NCBI GenBank assembly: GCA_963668175.1
Contig: OY764159.1
Location: 640,001 to 704,000, forward strand
DNA from: Syntrophales bacterium
GTDB taxonomy: Bacteria > Desulfobacterota > Syntrophia > Syntrophales > PHBD01
Length of the DNA stretch: 64,000 nucleotides
Direction: 5' to 3'
Part shown: positions 28,813 through 37,248 of the stretch, one piece after another
Layout of the letters: every line of letters begins with the position of its first letter
Position numbering within the stretch: the first letter of the stretch is position 1
The notes under the pieces: generated by a model
The model's input: only the letters and a program-made list of their open reading frames with translations
Told to the model about the DNA's origin: nothing
The model's database searches: none
Made by a program: the position numbers and the translations under genes

Positions 28813-30054
28813 TCAATCCCTGAACTGCTTAAAGATTAAAACGGCATTGGCGCCGCCGAAGCCGAAGGTGCAGGACATGGCTGCGCGAACGGAGACTGTT
28901 CTGGCTGTATGCGGGACGTAGTCGAGGTCGCATTCCGGGTCGGGATGATCGAGATTGATGGTCGGCGGTATAATGCCGTCATCAATGGATTTCACGGCGA
29001 AAATGGCCTCTATTCCTCCGGCGGCACCCAGAAGATGCCCCGTCATGGATTTTGTCGAACTGATGGCCAGGCGTCTGCTGTGCTCGCCGAAAACGCTTTT
29101 GATCGCCTGGGTCTCGTATGCGTCATTGAGCTGTGTCGATGTGCCGTGTGCGTTGATATAATCTATGCCTTCCGGCGGCATGCCGGCATCTTTCAATGCG
29201 AGGGCCATGCACCGGGCCGCTCCTTCGTGACCGGGCGGCGGAGCCGCCATATGGAAGGCGTCGCTTGTCGATCCGTATCCAACGACCTCCGCATAAATCT
29301 TCGCTCCCCTCTCAAGAGCTGCCGGCATCGCTTCCAGAACCACCAGGCCGCTTCCCTCCGCGAGGACAAAGCCGTTTCGATCCCTGTCGAACGGCCGGCT
29401 CGCCTTTTCCGGTTCGTCGTTATTGGTTGACAGAGCTCTCATCACATTGAAACCCCCGACTGTCAGCGGGGTGATAGCGGCCTCTGTTCCGCCGGCGATC
29501 ATGACGTCGGCGTACCCGCCGGCGATCAGACGGCAGGCGTCCCCTATGGAGTAAGTACCCGCGGCACAGGCCGTGACGGAACAGTTGATGGGCCCCTTCA
29601 GGCCGTGACGGATGGAAACATAACCCGCCGCCAGATTGGCCAGGCAGGACGGCGTCGAAAAAGGGGATATCTTGCGGGGCCCTTCCCGCAAAATGGTCTC
29701 TTTTTCCCTTTCGATGGTCGACAGGCCCCCGATGGCGGACCCGATGATTACGCCTGCGCGTTCGCTGTTTGCCGCATCAATTGTAAGTTTTGCATCCTCC
29801 AGGGCCATTGCGGATGCCGCCAGGGCATAAATGATAAAATCATCCAATCGCCGGGCTTCACTTTTGGTTACAAACGGCGACGGGTCGAACCGCTTCAGCT
29901 CGCCGGCAATCTTCGTCTTGAAATCCGTCGTATCGAATTTTGTAATACTTCCAATGCCCGAACGCCCCGTACAAATCCCTTCCCATGTCTCCCGAACAGT
30001 ATTTCCGCAAGGCGTAACCGCTCCCAAGCCCGTAATAACGACTCGTCTTTTCAG
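28813..30054 (-). CDS. fabF: 3-oxoacyl-ACP synthase II (probable CTG start)
   Basis: TACAAG, NAHGTST, KSMTGHLLGAAG; conserved (M)KRRVVITGLG N-terminus begins at CTG 30054. Confidence 0.94.
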   Translation of the reverse strand: MKRRVVITGLGAVTPCGNTVRETWEGICTGRSGIGSITKFDTTDFKTKIAGELKRFDPSPFVTKSEARRLDDFIIYALAASAMALEDAKLTIDAANSERAGVIIGSAIGGLSTIEREKETILREGPRKISPFSTPSCLANLAAGYVSIRHGLKGPINCSVTACAAGTYSIGDACRLIAGGYADVMIAGGTEAAITPLTVGGFNVMRALSTNNDEPEKASRPFDRDRNGFVLAEGSGLVVLEAMPAALERGAKIYAEVVGYGSTSDAFHMAAPPPGHEGAARCMALALKDAGMPPEGIDYINAHGTSTQLNDAYETQAIKSVFGEHSRRLAISSTKSMTGHLLGAAGGIEAIFAVKSIDDGIIPPTINLDHPDPECDLDYVPHTARTVSVRAAMSCTFGFGGANAVLIFKQFRD

Positions 30055-30090
30055 AGATCAACCCCCTTTTCCAGCGCAGGCATACAGTCC

Positions 30091-30327
30091 TTACGAAACG
30101 CCTTTACTTTTAAGAAAATCAATAACATCCTTGATTGTTCGTATTTTTTCCAGTTCGCTGTCGGCTATGGTCAGTCCGAAAGTCTCTTCCATTTCCATAA
30201 TCAATTCTACGAGATCCAGGGAATCGGCTCCCAGATCATCGATAAAGGACGCCTCCGGCAGACATTCTTCCTTCGTTACGTCCAGTTGTTCTACGATAAT
30301 GGCGATGACCTTTTCTTCAAGTGTCAT
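30091..30327 (-). CDS. acpP: Acyl carrier protein
   Basis: DLGADSLDLVEL phosphopantetheine motif. Confidence 0.97.
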   Translation of the reverse strand: MTLEEKVIAIIVEQLDVTKEECLPEASFIDDLGADSLDLVELIMEMEETFGLTIADSELEKIRTIKDVIDFLKSKGVS

Positions 30328-30610
30328 GAAATTCCCCTCCTTGTTCGATTCGATATGCTTCTGTCCATCATCTTCTTCCTAGGGCTCCCGGGCAAAAAAC
30401 AATAACATCCGGCTCACGGCCGCTTTCTCCGTTTATGGTTCGTGTGTGGTGCCGATCGAACAACCGGTCTTGTCTTTCGGATCGGCGTCGCCGGACCGGA
30501 GTAACGAAGCGTTATACGATTTCTTACCTAAAATCCCAGTATTGCGCCTCCGTCGATGGCCTTTTGACCCGCGAAGGATTTCGAGCCTTGTGGAAAAAAT
30601 GATGTTCCGG

Positions 30611-30796
30611 CTACGATATTTTTTCCATGGAGATGACTTCCCGGCCTTTGTAGGTGCCGCAATTTCGGCAAGCGCGGTGAGGCAACTTGGGTTCATTGCA
30701 CTGAGGGCAAAGGGTCGCCTGGGCCGCCGCTAAAAAATCGTGTGCCCTGCGGCGGTTTCTTCTGGTCTTGGAGTGTCTTTTTACTGGATTGGGCAT
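30611..30796 (-). CDS. rpmF: 50S ribosomal protein L32
   Basis: [27 protein letters not shown]. Confidence 0.96.
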   Translation of the reverse strand: MPNPVKRHSKTRRNRRRAHDFLAAAQATLCPQCNEPKLPHRACRNCGTYKGREVISMEKIS

Positions 30797-30829
30797 GGTG
30801 CACCTTCTTTCTTAGAAAAGTTGTACTTA

Positions 30830-31354
30830 TTATATTTTCAGTTTTTTCAGTATGTCAAATCTTGGATCAACGCTCTGAGCCCGGCATTGACAGCTTCCTG
30901 CGTTCAAATTGATACCGCAGACGGAACAGAGCCCCTTGCAGGAATCGCGGCACAGGGCCTTGATGGGGATATTCATAACGATCTGTTCATAAACGATGGG
31001 GTCCAGATCGATTGTCTCCTCCTCATAATATAGGGTATCCATGTCTTCGGCGGAAAGTTCCTGCTCTTCGATGTGCGGCCCGCCGGATGGTGAAAAAATG
31101 TAATTAAATTGGCATTTTACCTGAAGGGACGTAGTCTCGAGGCAACGACTGCACGGCAGAGAAACAGTTGTATTCAACTGGCCTTCCAGATAAACGGTCT
31201 CCCTGATCTTTTTCAAAAAACACGACACCTCTACCGTCTGCAGGTCGTATGGTTCACCCGCATTTTCCGGGAGGTAGTGGCTAAACCAGTCCCCGTCTTT
31301 GGAAAACGAAACCGGCATCCCGTCTTCCGGAATATTGCTCACTGCGATTTTCAC
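30830..31354 (-). CDS. yceD: DUF177/YceD family protein
   Basis: CSRCL, LCRDSCKGLCSVCG, DPRF; directly upstream of rpmF. Confidence 0.92.
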   Translation of the reverse strand: MKIAVSNIPEDGMPVSFSKDGDWFSHYLPENAGEPYDLQTVEVSCFLKKIRETVYLEGQLNTTVSLPCSRCLETTSLQVKCQFNYIFSPSGGPHIEEQELSAEDMDTLYYEEETIDLDPIVYEQIVMNIPIKALCRDSCKGLCSVCGINLNAGSCQCRAQSVDPRFDILKKLKI

Positions 31355-31462
31355 GACTGAAACGACCCATCACCTACGGGCGGCTTTTTTTAACGCCTGA
31401 ATGTAAAATGGAGATTTAATGATAAAATATCGCTCTTGTCAAGAATAAATGTAAAAAGGGGT

Positions 31463-32326
31463 CTAAGGCCTCGGTGTGTCGTTGATGCCCAGTATACGAC
31501 GCGTTCCGCAGCGGCTGTAAATGACACCGCCCAAGCCCAGAAAAACAGCCAGAAATTTAACCATAATGCCTATATAGGGTATCCAGCCGATCAAAAAGAT
31601 GATGATGATGCCCCAGAACGTTTCTCGCAGGATGTCGGTTCCCTCTTTCTTCAGCAAGCGATACATTTTTTGTCCCGTCAATTGTCCCATGGCGATGAAA
31701 CCAAGAAACGCGGCGCAGACGACGATGATGACTTCCAAAGGGATGAGGAAGATGCCGACCACGGAAATGGTCAACAAAACGGCCACAAAGAAGATCGTCA
31801 GAATACCCAAGACGGACCAGAGGGATGTCTTCAACGTATCCGTTCGGATCGTCGACGAAATGACATAAATCGGTCCGGGTATCAAAATGGCGACGATTAA
31901 AGCCACGATAATCATGCACATGAACATCGCTATTTGCACGATCGCGAAGATCCAGGACCACCCCTCCCATTCGTCGTTCAACACCGAAGTGAGGTAGGAA
32001 AACAGGTTGGATGAGTTGATTTCCGTCTGGTTCCCGAGGATACGGGCCTCCCGGCCTTTAACAATAACGCCTCCCAAGGCCGTCGCGTTTCCCGTTACCA
32101 GGGCTTCCCTGCCGAGGACCAGGGCATTGCCGACGACGGTCACATCGCCTTCCACCGTTCCCTCCACGGTAACCTGTCCGCCGATGGAGATAATGCTTCC
32201 ACTCTTGGATCCTGCATCGACGACGACGGCACTGCCCACTTTGATCGTGAAATTCGCCGATGCGGCAGGCGTATGTCCCAGAAGCATTAGAAACGGGACA
32301 AACCAATAAATAGCAATTCTCTTCAT
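31463..32326 (-). CDS. Membrane protein with N-terminal exported beta-helix (bactofilin/polymer-forming-like) region
   Basis: Signal peptide, G/V-rich repeats (GGQVTVEGTVEGDVTVVG), then 5-6 hydrophobic helices. Confidence 0.75.
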   Translation of the reverse strand: MKRIAIYWFVPFLMLLGHTPAASANFTIKVGSAVVVDAGSKSGSIISIGGQVTVEGTVEGDVTVVGNALVLGREALVTGNATALGGVIVKGREARILGNQTEINSSNLFSYLTSVLNDEWEGWSWIFAIVQIAMFMCMIIVALIVAILIPGPIYVISSTIRTDTLKTSLWSVLGILTIFFVAVLLTISVVGIFLIPLEVIIVVCAAFLGFIAMGQLTGQKMYRLLKKEGTDILRETFWGIIIIFLIGWIPYIGIMVKFLAVFLGLGGVIYSRCGTRRILGINDTPRP

Positions 32327-32353
32327 ACGATACGTTCAGAAGGTTGTGCGTTT

Positions 32354-32995
32354 TCAGGTCTTTTGCCGACTATGGCGGATATATTCCACAATTCCGGGCA
32401 GGATGGATACGAAAATGATAGCCATGATAACGAACGTGAAGTTCTGCTTGACGAAGTGCAGATTGCCGAAATAATATCCGCCCAGGACAAACGTGGCCAC
32501 CCAGGCAATGCCGCCGATTACATTATAGGAAATAAAACGTCCGTACGTCATGCTGCCGATACCGGCGACAAAAGGTGCGAACGTTCGGATAATTGGGACA
32601 AAGCGTGCGATAATAATGGTTTTCCCGCCGTGTTTTTCATAAAATGCATGGGTCCGGTCGAGGTATTCCTTCTTGAAGAGGTATCCGTCGGCCCTTTGAA
32701 AGACCTTCGGACCCAGAAATTTGCCGACCGCATAGTTTACCGTGTCGCCGATAATGGCAGCCAGGGATAGCAAAACGACAAGCAGCACCGGATCGAGGTC
32801 TCCCTTGGCGGCGAAGGCTCCAAGACCGAACAGCAGCGAATCGCCTGGTAATATGGGGGTTACGACGAGACCCGTTTCACAAAATACGACCAGGAAAACG
32901 ATCAGATAGGTCCAGCCGCCGAACATTTGGAGCACGGTACTGATATACTTGTCGAGATGAATAAAAAGATCAATAAATTTAAGGATGATATCCAT
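32354..32995 (-). CDS. dedA: DedA family membrane protein
   Basis: FCETGL, LPGDSLLF, GDTVNY, ARFVPIIRTFAPFVAG. Confidence 0.95.
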   Translation of the reverse strand: MDIILKFIDLFIHLDKYISTVLQMFGGWTYLIVFLVVFCETGLVVTPILPGDSLLFGLGAFAAKGDLDPVLLVVLLSLAAIIGDTVNYAVGKFLGPKVFQRADGYLFKKEYLDRTHAFYEKHGGKTIIIARFVPIIRTFAPFVAGIGSMTYGRFISYNVIGGIAWVATFVLGGYYFGNLHFVKQNFTFVIMAIIFVSILPGIVEYIRHSRQKT

Positions 32996-33044
32996 TATCT
33001 TTATGTCCGTAAGTTTGAGGACGCCATAATACAGAAAGGCTCTG

Positions 33045-34199
33045 ATGTCAAATATTAATCCAAACCGGAGCTTCAGGAAACAAATATTAACTCATATTCT
33101 TGACTGGTATACGAACTGCGGACGGTCTCTCCCCTGGCGGCAGAAATCCGATCCTTATCGCGTATGGTTATCCGAGGTTATGTTGCAGCAAACCCAGGTC
33201 GATACGGTTATTCCCTATTATTTACGCTTTCTTTCCAGATTTCCCGACATTAAAACGCTGGCGGAGGCACCCCTCGGGGATGTCCTTAAGGCCTGGGAGA
33301 ATCTGGGTTATTACCGGAGGGCCCATAATCTGCACCAGGCGGCCGGCGTCATCATGGAACGCTTCAGCGGTCGGGTACCGGAGACAATGGACGATTTGAT
33401 GGCCCTTCCCGGAGTGGGTTCTTATACCGCCGCCGCCATTCTCAGTATTGCCTTCGGTAAAGCCGCCGCGGCAGTCGACAGCAACATCCGAAGGATTATA
33501 TGCCGCCTCTTCGCGATCGCGGAAGCCCCGGAAGAGCCGGCGGTGCAAGAGCGGATTGCCGCTTATGCCCAGTTCCTCGTGCCGACGGACGGGCGGGCCG
33601 GATCTTTCAATCAGGCCTTGATGGATCTGGGGGCCACGGTTTGCACGGCGAGGTCCCCCCGTTGTGATGCCTGTCCGATAAGGCACGCATGCATCGCCCG
33701 CGCCCAGGGAAAACAGGATGTCCTGCCGTTAAAGACGAAGAAAAGGGCGGTTCCGCAGAGGCGGGGCGTCGCCGGCATCCTGCTTGACGGCGAGGGACGG
33801 GTTCTGGTGGTGCAAAGACCGAAACAGGGATTGCTGGCTTCGTTGTGGAAATTCCCGGGAGGGATGCTCGAAGGTGATGAATCCCCGGAAACGGGACTGC
33901 AGAGGACTGTGAAGGATGAGTTGGGGCTTCATGTGAAGCCCGAAAAGTCAGTTGCGATTATAAAACATGCCTATACGCATTTTCGGCTGATCCTCCATGT
34001 CTGGTCTTGCCGGCACGGGGATGGATCTGTTCAAGCATTGCAATGTCAGCAGTGGAAGTGGGTTTCCCCGAAAAATCTCAGCGGGCTTCCATTTTCCAAG
34101 GCCGACAGCATGGTGATTTCTACCCTCCCGTTCCTTGCGAAGAAGAAGCGAAACGCTGCCGGCTGTGGGAAAAGACATGCCGGGGCCACCGCGTCCTGA
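33045..34199 (+). CDS. mutY: A/G-specific adenine glycosylase
   Basis: LPWR, SEVMLQQTQV, LGYY, LPGVGSYTA, 4Fe-4S cysteines, C-terminal Nudix-like domain. Confidence 0.96.
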   Translation: MSNINPNRSFRKQILTHILDWYTNCGRSLPWRQKSDPYRVWLSEVMLQQTQVDTVIPYYLRFLSRFPDIKTLAEAPLGDVLKAWENLGYYRRAHNLHQAAGVIMERFSGRVPETMDDLMALPGVGSYTAAAILSIAFGKAAAAVDSNIRRIICRLFAIAEAPEEPAVQERIAAYAQFLVPTDGRAGSFNQALMDLGATVCTARSPRCDACPIRHACIARAQGKQDVLPLKTKKRAVPQRRGVAGILLDGEGRVLVVQRPKQGLLASLWKFPGGMLEGDESPETGLQRTVKDELGLHVKPEKSVAIIKHAYTHFRLILHVWSCRHGDGSVQALQCQQWKWVSPKNLSGLPFSKADSMVISTLPFLAKKKRNAAGCGKRHAGATAS

Positions 34200-34232
34200 A
34201 CAGGACCGATAAAGACACAGATTCCTTTCATC

Positions 34233-34261
34233 TTGCCTGATGATCGGTCGATGCTTATGAT
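34233..34261 (+). promoter_or_regulatory. Putative sigma70 promoter about 280 nt upstream of ybaK
   Basis: TTGCCT-17 bp-TATGAT. Confidence 0.5.
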
Positions 34262-34539
34262 AATACTGCGGGGCGAATGACTGTCTTTACATATTCTTTG
34301 GATTACAGTATGTTCTGCAGTCGCATGCAGTCGAGATCGAAATCGCGCCACGTCGCTGGGGAATGATTTCCCGATGAGCCGGGCTGTAATCCAGATACGT
34401 CCCGGATGCGGGTTTTGACAAAACCCTGCGGGAGTTCATGGGCAAGAAGCACGCGCCCGGGACAGGGACTGGCGCATGACCGTCCGGCCGGTATGCAAAT
34501 ATTCCCTGATCCCTTGACGAAGTTATTCGGAATGCACAT

Positions 34540-35022
34540 ATGACAAGAGATAAGATTCCCGTGACCCCCGCCATTTTGATGCTCAAACGCAGCGATGCGA
34601 CATTCGAGTTGAGGCCGTACCGCTATGAGGAACGGGGAGGAACGCACGTATCGGCGCGGGAACTCGGCGTCGACGAGCATATCATCGTCAAGACGCTGGT
34701 AATGGAGGATGAAAGCAAGAAGCCGTTGATTATTCTCATGCATGGGGACAAGCAGGTATCGACGAAATCCCTTGCCCGGTTCCTCGGCGTCAAATCGGTT
34801 TCACCCTGTGATCCGCATATTGCCGAAAAGCACACGGGCTATAAAGTGGGCGGAACGTCCCCTTTCGGGACGCGAAAGAAGATGCCGATATATATGGAAG
34901 CATCGATCGCGTCTCTTCCCCAAATACTGATCAATGCCGGGAGCCGGGGGCTGCTCGCGGAATTGTCCCCCCGGGAGCTTGAGAGACTGCTCCATCCCGT
35001 GCCGGTGAATGTTGCCATTTGA
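34540..35022 (+). CDS. ybaK: Cys-tRNA(Pro) deacylase
   Basis: IVKTLV, TGYKVGGTSPFG, INAGSRG. Confidence 0.92.
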   Translation: MTRDKIPVTPAILMLKRSDATFELRPYRYEERGGTHVSARELGVDEHIIVKTLVMEDESKKPLIILMHGDKQVSTKSLARFLGVKSVSPCDPHIAEKHTGYKVGGTSPFGTRKKMPIYMEASIASLPQILINAGSRGLLAELSPRELERLLHPVPVNVAI

Positions 35023-35079
35023 GATGGTTTTAAATGGATCGGGCAAACGCAGGATAAGCATTCGGCAGGAGCCAGGATA

Positions 35080-35640
35080 ATGAGCCAGGACCATATGATC
35101 GTACGGTGTCTGAATTGCGGCACCAAAAACCGGATTCCGCAAAACCGGCTTCAGGAGCATCCGACCTGCGGCAAATGCCACGCACCGCTGGACGAGATGA
35201 TCATACGCTGCCTGCAATGCGGGACCAAGAACCGTATGCCGGAAACCCGCCTTAAAGATAAGCCGTTATGCGGAAAATGTGGGGCGCCGCTGGTCGTTAA
35301 GGGCGAGAATGATCAGCCGGTGACGATTACCGATGACGATTTTGACAAGGAGGTGCTTTCATCGAGCCTGGCGGTTTTGGTGGATTGCTGGGCGCCGTGG
35401 TGTGCCCCCTGCCGGGCGGTGGCCCCCATTCTCGATGATTTGGCCCGTCAATATTCCGGCAGCATGAGGGTTGCCAAACTCAATGTGGATGAGAATCCGA
35501 CGATCGCATCCCGGTATGTCATCCGCAGCATCCCCACCCTTCTGCTCTTCAAGGAGGGCAAACTTGTGGACCGCCTGGTCGGGGCTTTGCCCAAGGATGA
35601 GATCGAAAGACATATCGTGGCCGTGATGGATAAACGCTGA
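35080..35640 (+). CDS. trxC: Thioredoxin 2-like protein with two N-terminal zinc ribbons
   Basis: Two CxxCGTKNR...CGKC units, WAPWCAPC active site, SIPTL. Confidence 0.9.
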   Translation: MSQDHMIVRCLNCGTKNRIPQNRLQEHPTCGKCHAPLDEMIIRCLQCGTKNRMPETRLKDKPLCGKCGAPLVVKGENDQPVTITDDDFDKEVLSSSLAVLVDCWAPWCAPCRAVAPILDDLARQYSGSMRVAKLNVDENPTIASRYVIRSIPTLLLFKEGKLVDRLVGALPKDEIERHIVAVMDKR

Positions 35641-35731
35641 ACGCCCGCCACGGTTAAATACGATTTTGCCGGGGAGTTGCGCATACCGTCAAGGGGGGAT
35701 GCATCGCTCTCATTCGTGAAGAGCCCTCTCG

Positions 35732-36712
35732 TTATCTGACCTTGAACATCATGACGAATTGTTCAAACAGACCCTTGTGGAAATGTTCCCGCATCTCCTC
35801 GCCCATGAGCTTCAGGGCGTCGAAAGGCGCCATTTTCTGTTTATAAGACCTCTCCGCGGTCAGGGCGTCATAAACGTCGGCAATGGCGCAGATGCGGCCG
35901 TATATATGAATATCCGTTCCCTGGAGGCCTTGCGGGTAACCCTTGCCGTCATGCCTCTCGTGGTGCTGCAGCACGATCGTTTTGGCCTCGCCCGTCAATT
36001 GGTGTGTTTCGTTCAGGATTTTGAAACCCATCGTCGGATGACGCCTCATTTCCTGCATTTCCTCCTCCGTCAGTTTGCCGGGCTTATTGATGATGGCGTT
36101 GTCGATCTTTACCTTGCCCAGATCATGGAGGAAAAACCCGGCTCCCAAGGCATGCATGTCGTGACCGATAGAATTCCTGAAGTATTCCTTCGCAAGGGAA
36201 ATGGCAAGGACCCCGACGCTCACGGAGTGCGTATAGGTATAATAATCGTGCGACGTGATCTTCACGAGTTGAAACGTCGTTTCGGCATCGGTGAGGATGA
36301 GATCGACCACCTCCGAAATCCCCTGTTTGGCCTGCCTGATGGTGTCGGTTGTCGGATTCTCCAGAAGATTGCTCATCATGGTGATGGAGTGCCTCTGCAC
36401 GAGACGGGCCTTCTCTTCCGGGGGCAGATTCTTATCGTGGATGACCTCCTGGAGCTCATGGGGCACGACTCCATCGTTCATTATTTCGGGATTCGGGGGC
36501 TTCGGTTCCTCAAAAACCGGGAGTTCGGCCGTGACTCTGCTCTTGGCGGTATCTATCTTCACAACCTTGACGCCGAGTTGGCCGATCTGGCTGAGTTCCT
36601 TTGATGATGTGACGAGGAAATGATTTTTGAGAAAAGGATGTTCATGCCACGCGACAGGCAAAATGACGTACATACCTATTTTAAGGTCTGCCACTCGAAC
36701 ATCTTTCAGCAT
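35732..36712 (-). CDS. HD-GYP phosphodiesterase with DUF3391-like N-terminus
   Basis: DLKIGMYV N-terminus; [26 protein letters not shown]. Confidence 0.9.
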   Translation of the reverse strand: MLKDVRVADLKIGMYVILPVAWHEHPFLKNHFLVTSSKELSQIGQLGVKVVKIDTAKSRVTAELPVFEEPKPPNPEIMNDGVVPHELQEVIHDKNLPPEEKARLVQRHSITMMSNLLENPTTDTIRQAKQGISEVVDLILTDAETTFQLVKITSHDYYTYTHSVSVGVLAISLAKEYFRNSIGHDMHALGAGFFLHDLGKVKIDNAIINKPGKLTEEEMQEMRRHPTMGFKILNETHQLTGEAKTIVLQHHERHDGKGYPQGLQGTDIHIYGRICAIADVYDALTAERSYKQKMAPFDALKLMGEEMREHFHKGLFEQFVMMFKVR

Positions 36713-36747
36713 ACAATATGCCCGATTTACATACCTGCGGCCGGGGT

Positions 36748-37248
36748 CTACTTGGAAACGGAACGCTCTCTTCTCTTCTCCAGTTGCAACTCCAGATTTT
36801 TCAGGAGCCGAATATCCTTCTTAAGCTGTTCGTTCTCCTGAACAAGCGTATTGCTTTCCGACTTATATTTCTCCAATTCCCTCGTAAGCCGTGTCTTTTC
36901 GCTCTGCAACTTCTCGATAAGCTGCAGGTCGGACTTCAACTTCTCATCGCCCAGGCGAATATTGTCGATTAAATGAATGAGCGTTTCCGAAAGGGTACGC
37001 CATTTACTCTTGGGATGGGCAATGACGAGCACTTCGAAATTGATTTTCGCCTTGATATAGTCGGGCTTCCCGCCGGCCTGATTTAAATAGGACAGGCCCT
37101 CTTCGAACAGGGCCGTGTCGTTCAGCGATACGTCCTTCTTGACCGGCTGTTGAGGAGCCGGAGCGGTCTTTTTTGCCGAGGAGGCGCACCCTGCCATGAA
37201 CATGATCAACAGGGCGATCGTCAAATATAAACCGGGTCCTCTGTTCAT
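36748..37248 (-). CDS. Lipoprotein with TPR-like hairpin and C-terminal coiled coil (QseG/YfhG-like architecture)
   Basis: Lipobox MAGC (Cys21); FEVLVIAHPKSKW TPR-like segment; heptad tail LKNLELQLEKR; ATGA overlap with the upstream gene. Confidence 0.8.
   Translation of the reverse strand: MNRGPGLYLTIALLIMFMAGCASSAKKTAPAPQQPVKKDVSLNDTALFEEGLSYLNQAGGKPDYIKAKINFEVLVIAHPKSKWRTLSETLIHLIDNIRLGDEKLKSDLQLIEKLQSEKTRLTRELEKYKSESNTLVQENEQLKKDIRLLKNLELQLEKRRERSVSK

Noticed and set aside
33750..34110. MutY-MutT fusion as a novelty
   Set aside because: A Nudix-like C-terminal domain is a normal part of MutY, and the Nudix box here is degenerate.
34277..34366. 29-aa small ORF MTVFTYSLDY...
   Set aside because: Weak RBS and no recognisable features; the region is better explained as structured RNA.
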